DNA of 64,000 bases from Malacoraja senta. Taxonomy: Eukaryota. The stretch is taken from NCBI GenBank assembly GCA_038087875.1, contig CM075988.1, forward strand, positions 22,446,001 to 22,510,000, written 5' to 3'. The notes under the pieces were generated by a model. That model was not told where the DNA came from. It saw nothing but the letters and a program-made list of their open reading frames with translations, and searched no databases. Positions 13,165 to 25,865 of the stretch are shown here, in pieces; position 1 is the stretch's first letter, and each line of letters starts with the position of its first letter. The position numbers and the translations under genes are program-made.

Positions 13165-16100
13165 AATGGTTGGGGGGAGGGACTCAAATAGAGAATGCTA
13201 TTAGACAGTGTGTGAGGCAGGAGAAAGAGAAGGAAAGCACTCAGACCCAACCTGTAGGGGGGAAAGAAGAAAACAATAATAAACAGAGAATAAGAGGTGG
13301 TGGGGTTCTTAAATGGGTGAGCAGAGAAACAGAGGGGTGCAAAATGCGGGCGGAAGCAATAGGTAGCAAGGTGAAAAGTAAAAGTGGCAGGCAGACAAAT
13401 CCAGGGCAAAAATCAAAAAGAGCCACTTTCCAACATAATTGTATAAGGGGTAAGAGCGTTGTAAAAACAAGCCTGAAGGCTTTGTGTCTCAATGCAAGGA
13501 GCATTCGTAATAAGGTCGATGAGTTGAACGTGCAGATAGCAATTAATGATTATGATATAGTTGGGATCATGGAGACATGGCTCCAGGGTGACCAAGGCTG
13601 GGAGCTGAACATCCAGGGATATTCAATATTCAGGAGGGATAGAGAGAAAGGAAAAGGAGGTGGGGTAGCGTTGCTGGTTAGAGAGGAGATTAACGCAGTG
13701 GAAAGGAAGGACATTAGCTTGGAGGATGTGGAATCGGTATGGGTAGAGCTACGAAATACTAAGGGGCAGAAAACGCTGGTGGGTGTTGTGTACAGGCCAC
13801 CTAGCAGTAGTAGTGAAGTTGGGGATGGCATCAAACAGGAAATTAGAAATGCGTGCAACAAAGGCAAAACAGTTATAATGGGTGACTTCAATCTACATAT
13901 AGATTGGGTGAATCAAATTGGCAAGGGTGCTGAGGAAGAGGATTTCTTGGAATGTATGAGGGATAGTTATCTAAACCAACATGTAGAGGAACCAACGAGA
14001 GAGCAGGCTATTCTAGACTGGGTATTGAGTAATGAGGAAGGGTTAGTTAGCAGACTTGTTGTGCGTGCCCCCTTGGGCAAGAGTGACCATAATATGGTTG
14101 AGTTCTTCATTAGGATGGAGAGTGACATTGTTAATTCAGAAACAACGGTTCTGAACTTAAAGAAAGGTAACTTTGAGGATATGAGACGTGAATTGGCCAA
14201 GATTGACTGGCAATTAGTTCTAAAAGGGTTGACGGTGGATATGCAATGGAAGGCATTTAAAGACTGCATGGATGAACTACAAAAAATGTTCATCCCAGTT
14301 TGGCAAAAGAATAAATCAGGGAAGGTAGTGCATCCGTGGATAACAAGGGAAATCAGGGATAGTATCAAAGCAAAAGATGTTGCGTACAAATTAGCCAGAA
14401 AATGCAGCATACCAGAGGACTGGGAGAAATTCAGAGACCAGCAGAGGAGGACAAAGGGCTTAATTAGGAAAGGGAAAATAGATTATGAAAGGAAACTGGC
14501 AGGGAACATAAAAACTGACTGCAAACGTTTTTATAGATATGTGAAGAGAAAGAGATTAGTTAAAACAAATGTAGGTCCCTTGCAGTCAGAAACAGGTGAA
14601 TTGATCATGGGGAACAAGGATATGGCGGACCAATTGAATAACTACTTTGGTTCCGTCTTCACTAAGGAAGACATAAATAATCTGCCGGAAATAGCAGGGG
14701 GCCGCGGGTCAAAGGAGATGGAGGAACTGAGTGAAATCCAGGTTAGTCGGGAAGTGGTGTTGGGTAAATTGAATGGATTAAAGGCCGATAAATCACCAGG
14801 GCCAGATAGGCTGCATCCCAGAGTACTTAAGGAAGTAGCTCCAGAAATAGTGGATGCATTAGTGATAATTTTTCAAAATTCTTTAGATTCTGGAGTAGTT
14901 CCTGAGGATTGGAGGGTAGCAAACGTAACCCCACTTTTTAAGAAGGGAGGGAGAGAGAAAACGGGGAATTACAGACCAGTTAGTCTAACATTGGTAGTGG
15001 GGAAACTGCTAGAGTCAGTTATTAAAGATGGGATAGCAGCACATTTGGAAAGTGGTGACATCATTGGAAAAGTCAGCATGGATTTACGAAAGGTAAATCG
15101 TGTCTGACGAATCTTATAGAATTTTTCGAGGATGTAACTAGTAGAGTGGATAGGGGAGAACCAGTGGATGTGTTGTATCTGGACTTTCAGAAGGCTTTCG
15201 ACAAGGTACCACATAAGAGATTAGGATACAAACTTAAATCACACGGTATTGGGGGTTCAGTATTGATGTGGATAGAGAACTGGCTGGCAAACAGGAAGCA
15301 AAGAGTAGGAGTAAACGGGTCCTTTTCACAATGGCAGGCAGTGACTAGTGGGGTACCGCAAGGCTCAGTGCTGGGACCCCAGCTATTTACAATTTATATT
15401 AATGATCTGGACGAGGGAATTGAAAGCAACATCTCCAAGTTTGCGGATGACAATAAGCTGGGGGGCAGTGTTAGCTGTGAGGAGGATGCTAGGAGACTGC
15501 AAGGTGACTTGGATAGGCTGGGTGAGTGGGCAAATGTTTGGCAGATGCAGTATAATGTGGATAAATGTGAGGTTATCCACTTTGGTGGCAAAAACGGGAA
15601 GGCAGACTATTATCTAAATGGTGGCCGATTAGGAAATGGGGAGGTGCAGCGAGACCTGGGTGTCATGGTACACCAGTCATTGAAAGTAGGCATGCAGGTG
15701 CAGCAGGCAGTGAAGAAAGCGAATGGTATGTTGGCCTTCATAGCAAGAGGATTTGAGTATAGGAGCAGGGAGGTTCTACTGCAGTTGTACAGGGTCTTGG
15801 TGAGACCACACCTGGAGTATTGCGTACAGTTTTGGTCTCCAAATCTGAGGAAGGACATTATAGCCATAGAGGGAGTGCAGAGAAGGTTCACCAGACTGAT
15901 TCCTGGGATGTCAGGACTTTCATATGAAGAAAGACTGTATAGACTTGGCTTATACTCGCTAGAATTTAGGAGATTGAGAGGGGATCTTATAGAAACGTAC
16001 AAAATTCTTATGGGGTTGGACAGGCTAGATGCAGGAAGATTGTTCCCGATGTTGGGGAAGTCCAGGACAAGGGGTCACAGCTTAAGGATAAGGGGGAAAT

Positions 16101-16279
16101 CCTTTAAGACTGAGATGAGGAAAAACTTTTTCACACAGAGAGTGGTGAATCTCTGGAACTCTCTGCCACAGAGGGTAGTTGACGCCAGTTCATTGGCTAT
16201 ATTTAAGAGGGAGTTAGATGTGGCCCTTGTGGCTAAAGGGATCAGGGGGTATGGAGAGAAGGCAGGTACGGGATACTGA
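13155..16279 (+). pseudogene. CR1 ORF2 (apurinic endonuclease + reverse transcriptase) with one frameshift near 15070
   Basis: APE motifs NARS, ETWL, GDFN, SDH. RT motifs PGPD, YRPVSL, LDFQKAFD, GVPQGSVLGP, FADD. The frame breaks at ggaaaagtcagcatggattt, after which SQHGFTKGKSCLTNL resumes in another frame. Confidence 0.9.
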
Positions 16280-19200
16280 GTTGGATGATCAGCCATGATC
16301 ATATTGAATGGCGGTGCAGGCTCGAAGGGCCGAATGGCCTACTCCTGCACCTATTTTCTATGTATCTATGTATCTATGTACACAGAGGAAGTTGGGTGTA
16401 TGGAAGGAGCTGCCAGAGGAGGCAGTTGAGGCAGGTACTATTGCAACGTTTAAGAAACGTTCAGTCAGGTACATGGATAGTACAGGTTTAGAGGGATAGA
16501 CACAAAATGCTGGAGTAACTCAGCGGCTCAATCTTTGGTGTAAACCAGCAGATGGGTCCCGGCCCGAAACATCTCCACCTTCTCCAAAGACGCTGTCTGA
16601 CCGGCTGAGTTACTCCAGCACTCTGTCTCCATTTGAACATAAAAAAATAATTAATTTTATTAAAAAGAATAGCACCCTTGATTAATTTTATAAGAAATTT
16701 GATTTTTTTTAAATCTCAAAGGTACCCAGGCTAGGTGCTTTAATTAGTGATTGAAAACCTATGACCATTGTATGGAGAAAAGCATCAGCAATTGAGCACT
16801 AACTAGATGGACGGGTAACGTAGTGAAATGCAAATTCCTCCTCACCGGTCTCAAGTGGGCGATCGCTCATCTTGAGACTTTGCCCCCTAAGTTCTTCAAT
16901 TCCTCAGCTGGGAAATCAGCCATCTTCTCAGGTCCCCTCAGAATCTTACACTTCAATAAGATCGGGAACAGTTCAGCATCAGTTTCTTCCCAGCTGTTAT
17001 CGGGCCACTGAACCATCCTATCAACAACTGGAGAGCGGACCTGAACCACTACCTACCTCATCGGATACCCTCAGACTATCTTTAATCGGACTCTACCTTG
17101 CACCAGACTTTATTCCCTTTACCCTGCAGCTGTACACTGTGGATGGCTCGATTGTAGCCATGTATAGTCTTTCCACTAACTAGTTGGGGCGCAACAAAAG
17201 CTTTTCGCTGTCCCTTGGTACACGTGACAATAAACTCAACTAAGATCACCTCTCAGTCTTCTAAACTCCAATAAATACAGACTCAGTCTTACTCTTACGA
17301 CAACCCCTTCTTCCTCGGAATCAATCTGACGTGTCTTCATGGTCCACGTCCAAAACAAATATGTTCTTCCTTATATAAAGAAACCAAACCACACATAGAA
17401 TTCCAATCCCTGTAGAGTTATGGCAAGAGTTCAACTTTTTGTAGTTCAACTCCTTCTAAAGCTAACTTTGCCTCTATTGTACTGCAGTTTGCCACAGAAC
17501 CCTGGTGTTGTGTTAGAACGGAGATGAGGAAACATCTTTTCTCACAGAGAGTGTTGAGTCTGTGGAATTCTCTGCCTCAGAGGGCGGTGGAGGCAGGTTC
17601 TCAGGATGCTTTCAAGAGAGAGCTAGATAGGGCTCTTAAAAATAGCGGAGTCCCAAAATATGGGGAGAAGGCTGATTGGGGTACTGATTGGGGATGATCA
17701 GCCATGATCACATTGAATGGCTCGAAGGGCCGAATGGCCTACTCCTGCACCTATTGTCTATAGTCTATAGTATATTACTTCTGAACTTGGAGACCCTTGG
17801 ACTATCTTTGATCGGACTTTACTGGACTTTATCTTGCACTAAACGTTATTCATGTTATTCCCTTCATCATGTCTCTGCACTGCGGATGGCTTGATTGTAA
17901 TCATGTATTGTCCTTCCGCTGACTGGTTCCACTGTACCTCGGTACACGCGACAATAGACTAAACTAAACTCAAACTCAACTTTACATTTGTGTAAGAAAG
18001 AACTGCAGATGCTGGTTTAAATCGAAGGTAGACACAAATTGCTGGAGTAACTCAGCGGGTGAGGCAGCATCTCTGGAGAGAAGGAATGGGTGACGTTTCG
18101 GGTCGAGACCCTTCTTTAAACTGAAATCCGAAGAAGGGTCTCAACCCAAAACGTCACCTGTTTCTTCTCTCCGCTGAGATACTCCAGCATTTTGTGTCTA
18201 TCTTTGTTCTGGTCTGATCCAAGTTGAGGCCTGATCCAGGTTGGTGAAGAGTTAAAACCCGCGGGTGAGCGGTGCGACTGGGAGATCAAGCCCCCGCGCC
18301 TCTAGCAATGTACCATCGCCAAATCCTTCACATCACTCTTAACATTGATCAGAATGATACGAGGACATTGTTTACTTAAGTTCAGTAAGAGAACAAATCT
18401 GCCAGGAGATTAAACAAAAATGCTGACAGATCCACAGAAAGCTGGCTACTTGACAAGCTAAGTTCCAGGGACTGATTCAAATGGCAGCGTTTCAGAATGC
18501 AGTTACTGGAATAGTAAACAGCAATCACTGGGATCTGTTCACTGAAAGGCCTGTTTGGTGAGAGGATGGTCACTTGATGGTAACTTAAAGTGAGAGTGTA
18601 TGAAAATCAATGGAAAGTTCAGAGATTATGTACATACCGGCACCAGCTTTCTGTGACAAAGTACGACTATTTGGGTGGATTTTAATATTGAATATTGTCC
18701 AGATTAATCTGTCTCCTTTTCTCAGTGCATCCCCATTTGGCATTATAGAGGCTTTGGTTTAACTTGGTTTGGGGGGAGAGGTGAAAGGAAGAAACACTTG
18801 GTCGTTGCTGTTTATGGGATCTTGTTGTGTGAAAAGCAACTGTGTCCTACATTGCAGCACTTTAAAAGTGCTTCGATGACTTTGGAGCTTGCTGGGTTGC
18901 CCCTTATTATGTAAGATGCTGCAGAAGTGAAAGTCTATCTTACTTTTGGAGAAGTGGAAATGCTCGATCCGAGTTTCTCTGGGTGTGGCAGGGTGAGGGA
19001 AGTGGTGACAGAGCAACACAAGGGGAGGGGTGGGGAAGCTAAAGGCACTTTCCTCAAGCAGCAGTCCCCTTCTGCTCAGGTCACGGAGGGGGGGGGGATG
19101 GGAGGAAGAACGTGACTCGCATACTGTCCACGTGGTGACTCACCAATCTCTCATAGACTGTTATATAACCAGAAACTCTTAGTCGTGGAGCTATACAACA

Positions 19201-20355
19201 CGGAAACAGGCCCTTCTGCCCACCTTGTCCATGCCAACCAAGTTGGAACATTGGGATAGAAACAAGGAACTGCAGACGCTGGTTAATACACAAAAGGACA
19301 CAGAGTGCTGGAGTAACTCAGCAGGTCATACAGCATCTCTGGAGAACATGGATAGGTGACGTTTTGGGTCAGGACTCTTCTTCAGTCTGAAGGGCCCCGA
19401 CCCAAAACATCACCTATCCATGTTCTTCAGAGATGCCAACTGGCCCACTGAGTCACTGCTGCACTTTGTGTCCCTTTAGCACATTGGGCTAGTCCTATTT
19501 GCTTGCATTTGCCCATGGCCCTCAACACTTCCAGTCCATATAATTGTCCAAATGTATTTTTGAAAGGTGTTTCTACAACTTCCTCTGGCTGCTCATTCCA
19601 GATATGGACAATCCTCTGTGAAAAAGTTGCCCCTGAGGTCTCTTTTAAATCCCCCCCCCCCCCTCTCACCCTAAAGCCTATCCCCTCCAGTTTAGGAATC
19701 CCCTGCCCTGGGAAAAAGACTGAGCATTGACTTTACCCCTGCCACTCATGATCAAGTACCCCCTCAATAAGGACACCACTCAGCCTCCTGCACTTCAAAG
19801 AGAAACTCAACTGGACTTGAATCTGCACAGTTTCAGACGGCAGCCTTCCTTCTAGCTCATTGATTGGGTTGTTGGAGTGACCAACTCTCTATGATTGTTC
19901 CACAACCTTCAGAGATTAATAATTAATATCCACTGCTGCAGATAACCACAGAAAAAGCACGACAGAGCCATTAAAGAACGAATTCTGTTACTAATTGGTT
20001 TTCTTTTATTAGCTATAGAAATAATGGGGGTGAGATGGGAGTTGCTGGCCTGGGTGGGGGTTTGATTCGGAGATTCCATGCTATGAATGATGTCCAACTA
20101 GAGTTGGTAGTCTATGGTACAGTGTCACGTGCAGCAGTAGATAGGACTGATGGTACTTTTGTAACTTTGTCAGCGCCAACATGTGGCAATTTTGTGTATT
20201 ACCCAGGTTTTATGCAAAACGAAGCATTTCACTGTACATTGGTGCCCTAAGTACACGTGACAATAAATTATCATTCATTCATACAGAGGAATAATGACCA
20301 GCACAAATCCATCCACCAGCAATAAGTCCACGCAAACCAAGACCAAGATCAGTGA

Positions 20356-20850
20356 AGATAGACACAAAATGCTGGAGTAACTCAGCAAAGGTAGAAAAAA
20401 ATGTTGGAGAAATCTGGAGGCAGCATCTGTGGATATGTGGAGAGAAGGAATAGGCGACATTTCGGGTCGAGACCCTTCTTCAGACTGATGCGGGAAAGAG
20501 AAAGGAAGAGGCGGAGACAGTGGGCTGTGGGAGAGCTGGGAAGGGGGAGGGGAAGGAGGGAGAAAGCAAGGACTACCTGAAATTGGAGAAGTCAATCTTC
20601 ATACCGCGAAATAAGCGAAATACGAGGTGCTCTTCCTCCAATTTGCGCTGGGCCTCACTGGCAATGGAGGAGGCCTAGGACAGAAGGTCCGGCAGCAAGT
20701 GGCGTTTCGGGTCGAGACCCTTCTTCAGGCTGGGAGTCAGGGAGTCACCTATTCCTTTTTCTCCAGAGATGTTGCCTGTCCTGCTGAGCTACTCCAACAT
20801 TTTGTGTCTATCTTTGGTGTAAACCAGCATCTGCAGTTCCTTCCTACACC
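20356..20850 (-). mobile_element. Penelope-like element 3' end plus flanking terminal-repeat copies
   Basis: Same GIY-YIG tail (ggactacctgaaattggagaagtcaat) and terminal repeat as 33468-33760. Confidence 0.75.
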
Positions 20851-21370
20851 TAGAACAGTAAATTTGGCTTGTGTCCTCACTGTTCTGATCAACACATGTT
20901 TTTGTTGCGTGGTTAAAGACATCGTGGGTCACATATTGTAAAGTTTACCGTGAGGTCAAGATAATGGTTGGGTAAAAATAAGAAATTTTGATTGCATCAA
21001 ATTCTGGCCTAAAATTATTTGGTCTCATTTTTGTCATGCTCCAACTAACCACATGATGTTTTATATAAATTTATTTTCCATTACTCAAACATATGAAGAG
21101 AACGCATGTAGATCCAACTCACCACACACAGGAAGTCTAGCCGTGCTACTGGAGAAATAGGTTTCTCATCATCTTATATACTTCTATCAGGATGCTCCTC
21201 TGCCTCCGATGCCCCTGAGAAAACAATCTAAGTTTGTCCGAGCTCTCTTTGTAGCTAATATCCTCTCATCCATGCTACATCATGGCAAACCTTTTCTGCA
21301 CCCTCTCCAAGGTCTCAACACCCATCTTGCAACGTGGCAACTAAAAATGGCACATTATGTGTGCAGTTTG

Positions 21371-21708
21371 GAAACATGTTCCCGATGTTGGGGGAGTCCA
21401 GAAGCAGGAGCCACAGTTTAAGAATAAGGAGTAAGCCATTTAGAACGGAGACGAGGAAACACTTTTTCTCACAGAGAGTGGTGAGTCTGTGGAATTCTTT
21501 GCCTCAGAGGGCGGTGGAGGCAGGCTCTCTGGATGCTTTCAAGAGAGAGCTAGATAGGGCTCTTAAAAATAGCGGAGTCAGGGGATATGGGGAGAAGGCA
21601 GGAACAGGGTACTGATTGGGGATGATCAGCCATGATCACATTGAATGGCGGTGCTGGCTCGAAGGGCCAAATGGCCTACTCCTGCACCTAATGTCTATTG
21701 TCTATTGT
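21371..21708 (+). mobile_element. CR1 3' fragment
   Basis: GNMFPMLGES...GYGEKAGTGY*. Confidence 0.85.
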
Positions 21709-21989
21709 ACTCCAAAAGTGGCCTGACTACAGCTGCAACACAACTTCTTGACCTTTGCACTCAATGAAGAGACGGGGGGTTACACTGCGCATGACACCTC
21801 TACCCCATTGTGGACATCGTAGCGCATCAGTTCCCTAGACAAAGTCCCAGCAGAAAGGGGGAGAGAGAGAAAGAGGGGTGGATGTGACTGGTGCTGGTAT
21901 CATGGTACAAGGTTTAGAAGGACATGGGTCAAACGCGGGCAAATGGGATTCGCTTAGATGGGCGACTTGCTCGGAATGGACAAGTCGGT

Positions 21990-22570
21990 TTCCGTGTTGT
22001 AGGACTCCATGTCGGATTGGGCAGAAATGGCACAGGATGATATATTGGATGTGATGGTTGGCAGGCTGTAAGATGAGGACTAAAGGAACTCTATTGTTGC
22101 GTGTGGGAAGCTGGGGGAGATGAAAGATGTGTAGGAGGAAATATGTATGGAGGCTCCGTCAACTATGGCAGAGGGAAAGCCACACTTCTGGAAGAAGGAG
22201 GGCATTTCAATAGACAATAGGTGCAGGAGTAGGCCATTCGGCCCTTCGAGCCAGACCCTTCAGAAGCCTTAGAGCAGATAGTCTCATTTGAGAACAAATG
22301 TAGTGGAGACAGAGACATTTATAGCGTTCTTGCAGTAGGCAGCGTGGGAGATGGTGCAGTCATGGTATCTGTGGGAGTTGGTGGGCTTAGAGAAGAGGCC
22401 AGTGTGAAGTATATCTGCTGAAGGGGAGACAGAGCGACCCACAGCAAAATAAATGTCAGATAGGCCAGATGAACACGAGGGAAGGGTGGAGGTTGGTCGT
22501 AAAGGTGTTAAAATTGACGAGTTCTGCATGAATTCAGAAAACAGCACTGATGCAGTCATTATTTTAGGGA
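21990..22570 (-). mobile_element. Decayed Penelope-like RT fragment
   Basis: KPTNSHRYHD...SHAAYCKNAI resembles the PLE RT thumb motif (KPT..H.YL...S.HP..CK). Confidence 0.6.
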
Positions 22571-22611
22571 AAACAATCCATGTTTGTCCCACCTCTCCTT
22601 GTAGCTAATAC

Positions 22612-23853
22612 TGCCTAATGGCTATCGACCAGTGGCACTAACATCTGTGGTGATGAAGTGCTTTGAGAGGTTGATTATGGCGCAAATCAACTCCGACCTC
22701 GACAAGAACCTCGACCCACTGCAGTTCGCGTGTTATTCATTGACTACAGTTCGGCATTTAATACAATCATTCCCACCAAGCTGGTTACCAAGCTCTCAGA
22801 TCTGGGTCTCTGCGCATCCCTCTACAATTGGATCCTCAACTTCCTCATCCACAGACCACAGTCTGTCCGTATTGGTGGAAATGTGTCATCCTCGATAACA
22901 ATCAGCACGGGAGCACCTCAAGGCTGCGTGCTCAGTCCCCTGCTGTACTCACCCTATACTCATGACTGCGTAGCCGGACATAGTGCGAACTCCATCATCA
23001 AGTTCGCAGATGACACCATTGTTGTGGGATGAATCACTGATGGTGACTAGTCAGAGTATAGAAGTGAGATCGACCGATTGACCAAATGGTGCCAGCACAA
23101 TAACCTGGCTCTGAACACCAGCAAAACCAAGGAACTGATTGTGGACTTTGGAAGGGGTAGGATAGGGACCCACAATCCCATTTATATCAACCCAATGGTC
23201 AAGAACTTCAAATTCTTGGGCGTGTATATTTCCAAAGATCTTTCCTGGTCCCAGCACACTGATGCAATTATAAAGAAAGCACATCAACGCCTCTCCTTCC
23301 TGAGAAGATTACGGAGAGTCGGTATGTCAAAGAGGACTCTCTCGGACTTCTACAGGTGCACAGTAGAGAGCATGCTGACTGGTTGCATCGTGGCTTGGTT
23401 CGGCAACTTGAGCGCCCAGGAGCGGAAAAGAATGCAGAAGGTTACGACCACTGCCAAGTCCATCATCGGCTCTGACCTCCCCACCATCGAAGGGATCTAT
23501 TGCAGTCACTGCCTCAAAAAGGCTGCCACCATCAAGGACCCACACCATCCTGGCCACACACTCATCTCTGCGCTGCCATCAGGTAGAAGGTACAGGAGCC
23601 TGAAATCTGGTACATCCAGGTTCATGAACAGCTTCTTCCCCACAGCCATCAGGCTATTAAACTCGACATCAAACAAACTCTGAACTATAACAGCCGATTG
23701 CACTTTATCTGTTTATGTGTATACATATGATCTATGCTATATAGACACACTGATCTGTTCTGTATTTATGCTTACTATATTCTGTTGTGCTGCAGCAAGC
23801 CAGAATGTCATTGTCCTATCTGGGACACATGACAATCAACTCTTGACTTGACT
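22612..23853 (+). mobile_element. Rex1/Babar-clade LINE, 5'-truncated and decayed RT
   Basis: [59 protein letters not shown] motifs; in-frame stops and an internal deletion at ~22730; (CTTGA)n tail. Confidence 0.85.
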
Positions 23854-24726
23854 TCTACTGATCGCATCCTTGTATCCCTCTTATTATCACACCTTCCTCC
23901 GCCAACAATGAGCCGCTATGGGGTTTCCCGCTCCTCCACCCTCCCTGTGGTCATCCTCTGCCGGCCCCAATTTGTTCTAGCCTTTTCTCTCCTCCAGTCC
24001 CCCCCCCCCCCCATATCCTCCTCTTCTTTCAGAGCGAAGAAGGGTTCCGACCCGAAACGTCACCTATTCTTTTTCTCCGCAGATGCTGCCACACCCGCTG
24101 AGTTACTCCAGCATTTTGTGTCCATCCTCGGTATAAACCATCATCTGCAGCTCTTTCCTACGCTTGTCAATGTTAATGATTGCGATGCAAGAAAGAAATG
24201 AGCGTGATTTATTAAACCCAGTGAAACATCACTCTTAAACCCATCGAAGCTCCATTCAACTGCACTCAACTGAAATAATCTCATGTGACAATTTGTTAAA
24301 CAGACGTTCCATTAATGAGAACAGCGTCCTTCCATTCAGTCATGATTTATTTTGTTTATTTATTCGCTCTTTGGGTCCCTGACACTTGGGCATAAGTAAA
24401 GCTAACTCTTCATTGCAGTACAGAGGGCGTGCTGCATCGGTGGACCTTTGAATACATGTTATAAACCTTCCGCTCGCTCATCCTTTATTCACTCTTTCAA
24501 CTAGAGTAAAACTATCCTCCCTGAAAAACTGGCCAACATTTTTTCGTGCAGCAGTAGATAGGACTGATGGTACTTTTGTAACTTTGTCAGCGCCAACATG
24601 TGGCGATCTTGTGTATTGCCCAGGTTTTATGCAAAACAAAGCATTTCACTTTACATTGGTGCCCTAAGTACACGTGACAATAAATTATCATTCATTCATT
24701 CATACAGAGGAATAATGACCAGCACA

Positions 24727-25044
24727 ATTGGTGGAAATGTGTCATCCTCGATAACAATCAGCACGGGAGCACCTCAAGGCTGCGTGCTCAGTCCCCTGCT
24801 GTACTCACTCTATACTCATGACTGCGTAGCCGGACATAGTGCGAACTCCATCATCAAGTTCGCAGATGACACCATTGTTGTGGGACGAATCACTGATGGT
24901 GACTAGTCAGAGTATAGAAGTGAGATCGACCGATTGACCAGATGGTGCCAGCACAATAACCTGGCTCTCAACACCAGCAAAATCAAGGAACTGATTGTGG
25001 ACTTTGGAAGGGGTAGGATAGGGACCCACAATCTCATTTATATC
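24727..25044 (+). mobile_element. Duplicate of Rex1 RT segment 22871-23188
   Basis: Near-identical sequence, including the same GAC TAG stop. Confidence 0.85.
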
Positions 25045-25066
25045 CCAAAATTTGTCCTTCGACTGA

Positions 25067-25800
25067 CATCATAATCATAATCATCATAATCATACTTTAT
25101 TAGTCAAGTATCTTTTACAACATACGAGGAATTTGATTTGCCATAGTTATCATACCAATAAAAAGCGCCAAAACACACAAAATACACTTTAACATGAACA
25201 TCCACCACAGTGACTCCTCCACATTCCTCACTGTGATGGAAGGCAAAAAAATGGTCAATCTGTTCCCTTCTTTGTTCTCCCGCGGTCGGGGGCCTCGAGC
25301 CTTCCGTTGACGGGGTGATTTTGGCTCCCGTAGCCGGCGGTCGGGGCCTCCATGTCGGGGCGATCAAGCTCCCGCATCGGAGGAGGGGGGGGGGGGAATC
25401 TCAGCTCCCCCCCGCCAGGCGATCTGACCCCGGGTCGGGGCTGGTCGAAACCTTCTGCGTCGTTTGGAGCTCCCGACATCGGTCTCTACCCGAGACCGCG
25501 AACTCCTCGATGGTGAAATCCGCAGGCCGCGGTTGGAGCGTCGATCCCAGGCAGGTCCCGAGCAAGGCCTCCAGCTCCATGATGTTGGGCCGCAGAGCGA
25601 CCGGAGATACGATCCGGAAAACAATCGCATCTTCGGCAAGAGATTGAGAAAAAGTTTCCACAGACCCCCCCCCCCCCACCCATAAAACAAACCAGAGAAC
25701 ATTAACACAATCTTTTAAAACACACTAAAAATAACAAAAAAAAAGACGAAAAGACAGACAGAGTGTTGGCAAGGCTGCCATCGCGGCGCCACCCGGTGGT
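25067..25800 (-). mobile_element. GC-rich non-autonomous retroposon with Rex1-like 3' tail
   Basis: CpG-rich body, no tRNA boxes seen; ends AATAAAGTATGATTATG...(ATGATT)n on the minus strand. Confidence 0.6.
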
Positions 25801-25865
25801 ATCAAAGCAGATGAACTGACCTTTATCACATAGCTTTGTACAACTATCCCACATCTCTGGCAACA

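Larger units (their letters stand above)
12208..16378 (+). mobile_element. Near-full-length CR1 LINE (ORF1 + ORF2 + 3' UTR with TATCTATG repeat tail), inserted into an older CR1-type 3' fragment
   Basis: Esterase ORF1, APE-RT ORF2 and a 3' octamer tail. The flanks rejoin as a CR1-type 3' segment (gaacctgaggggtgattttttttaca | cacagaggaagttgggtgtatgg), with TACA at both ends. Confidence 0.92.
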
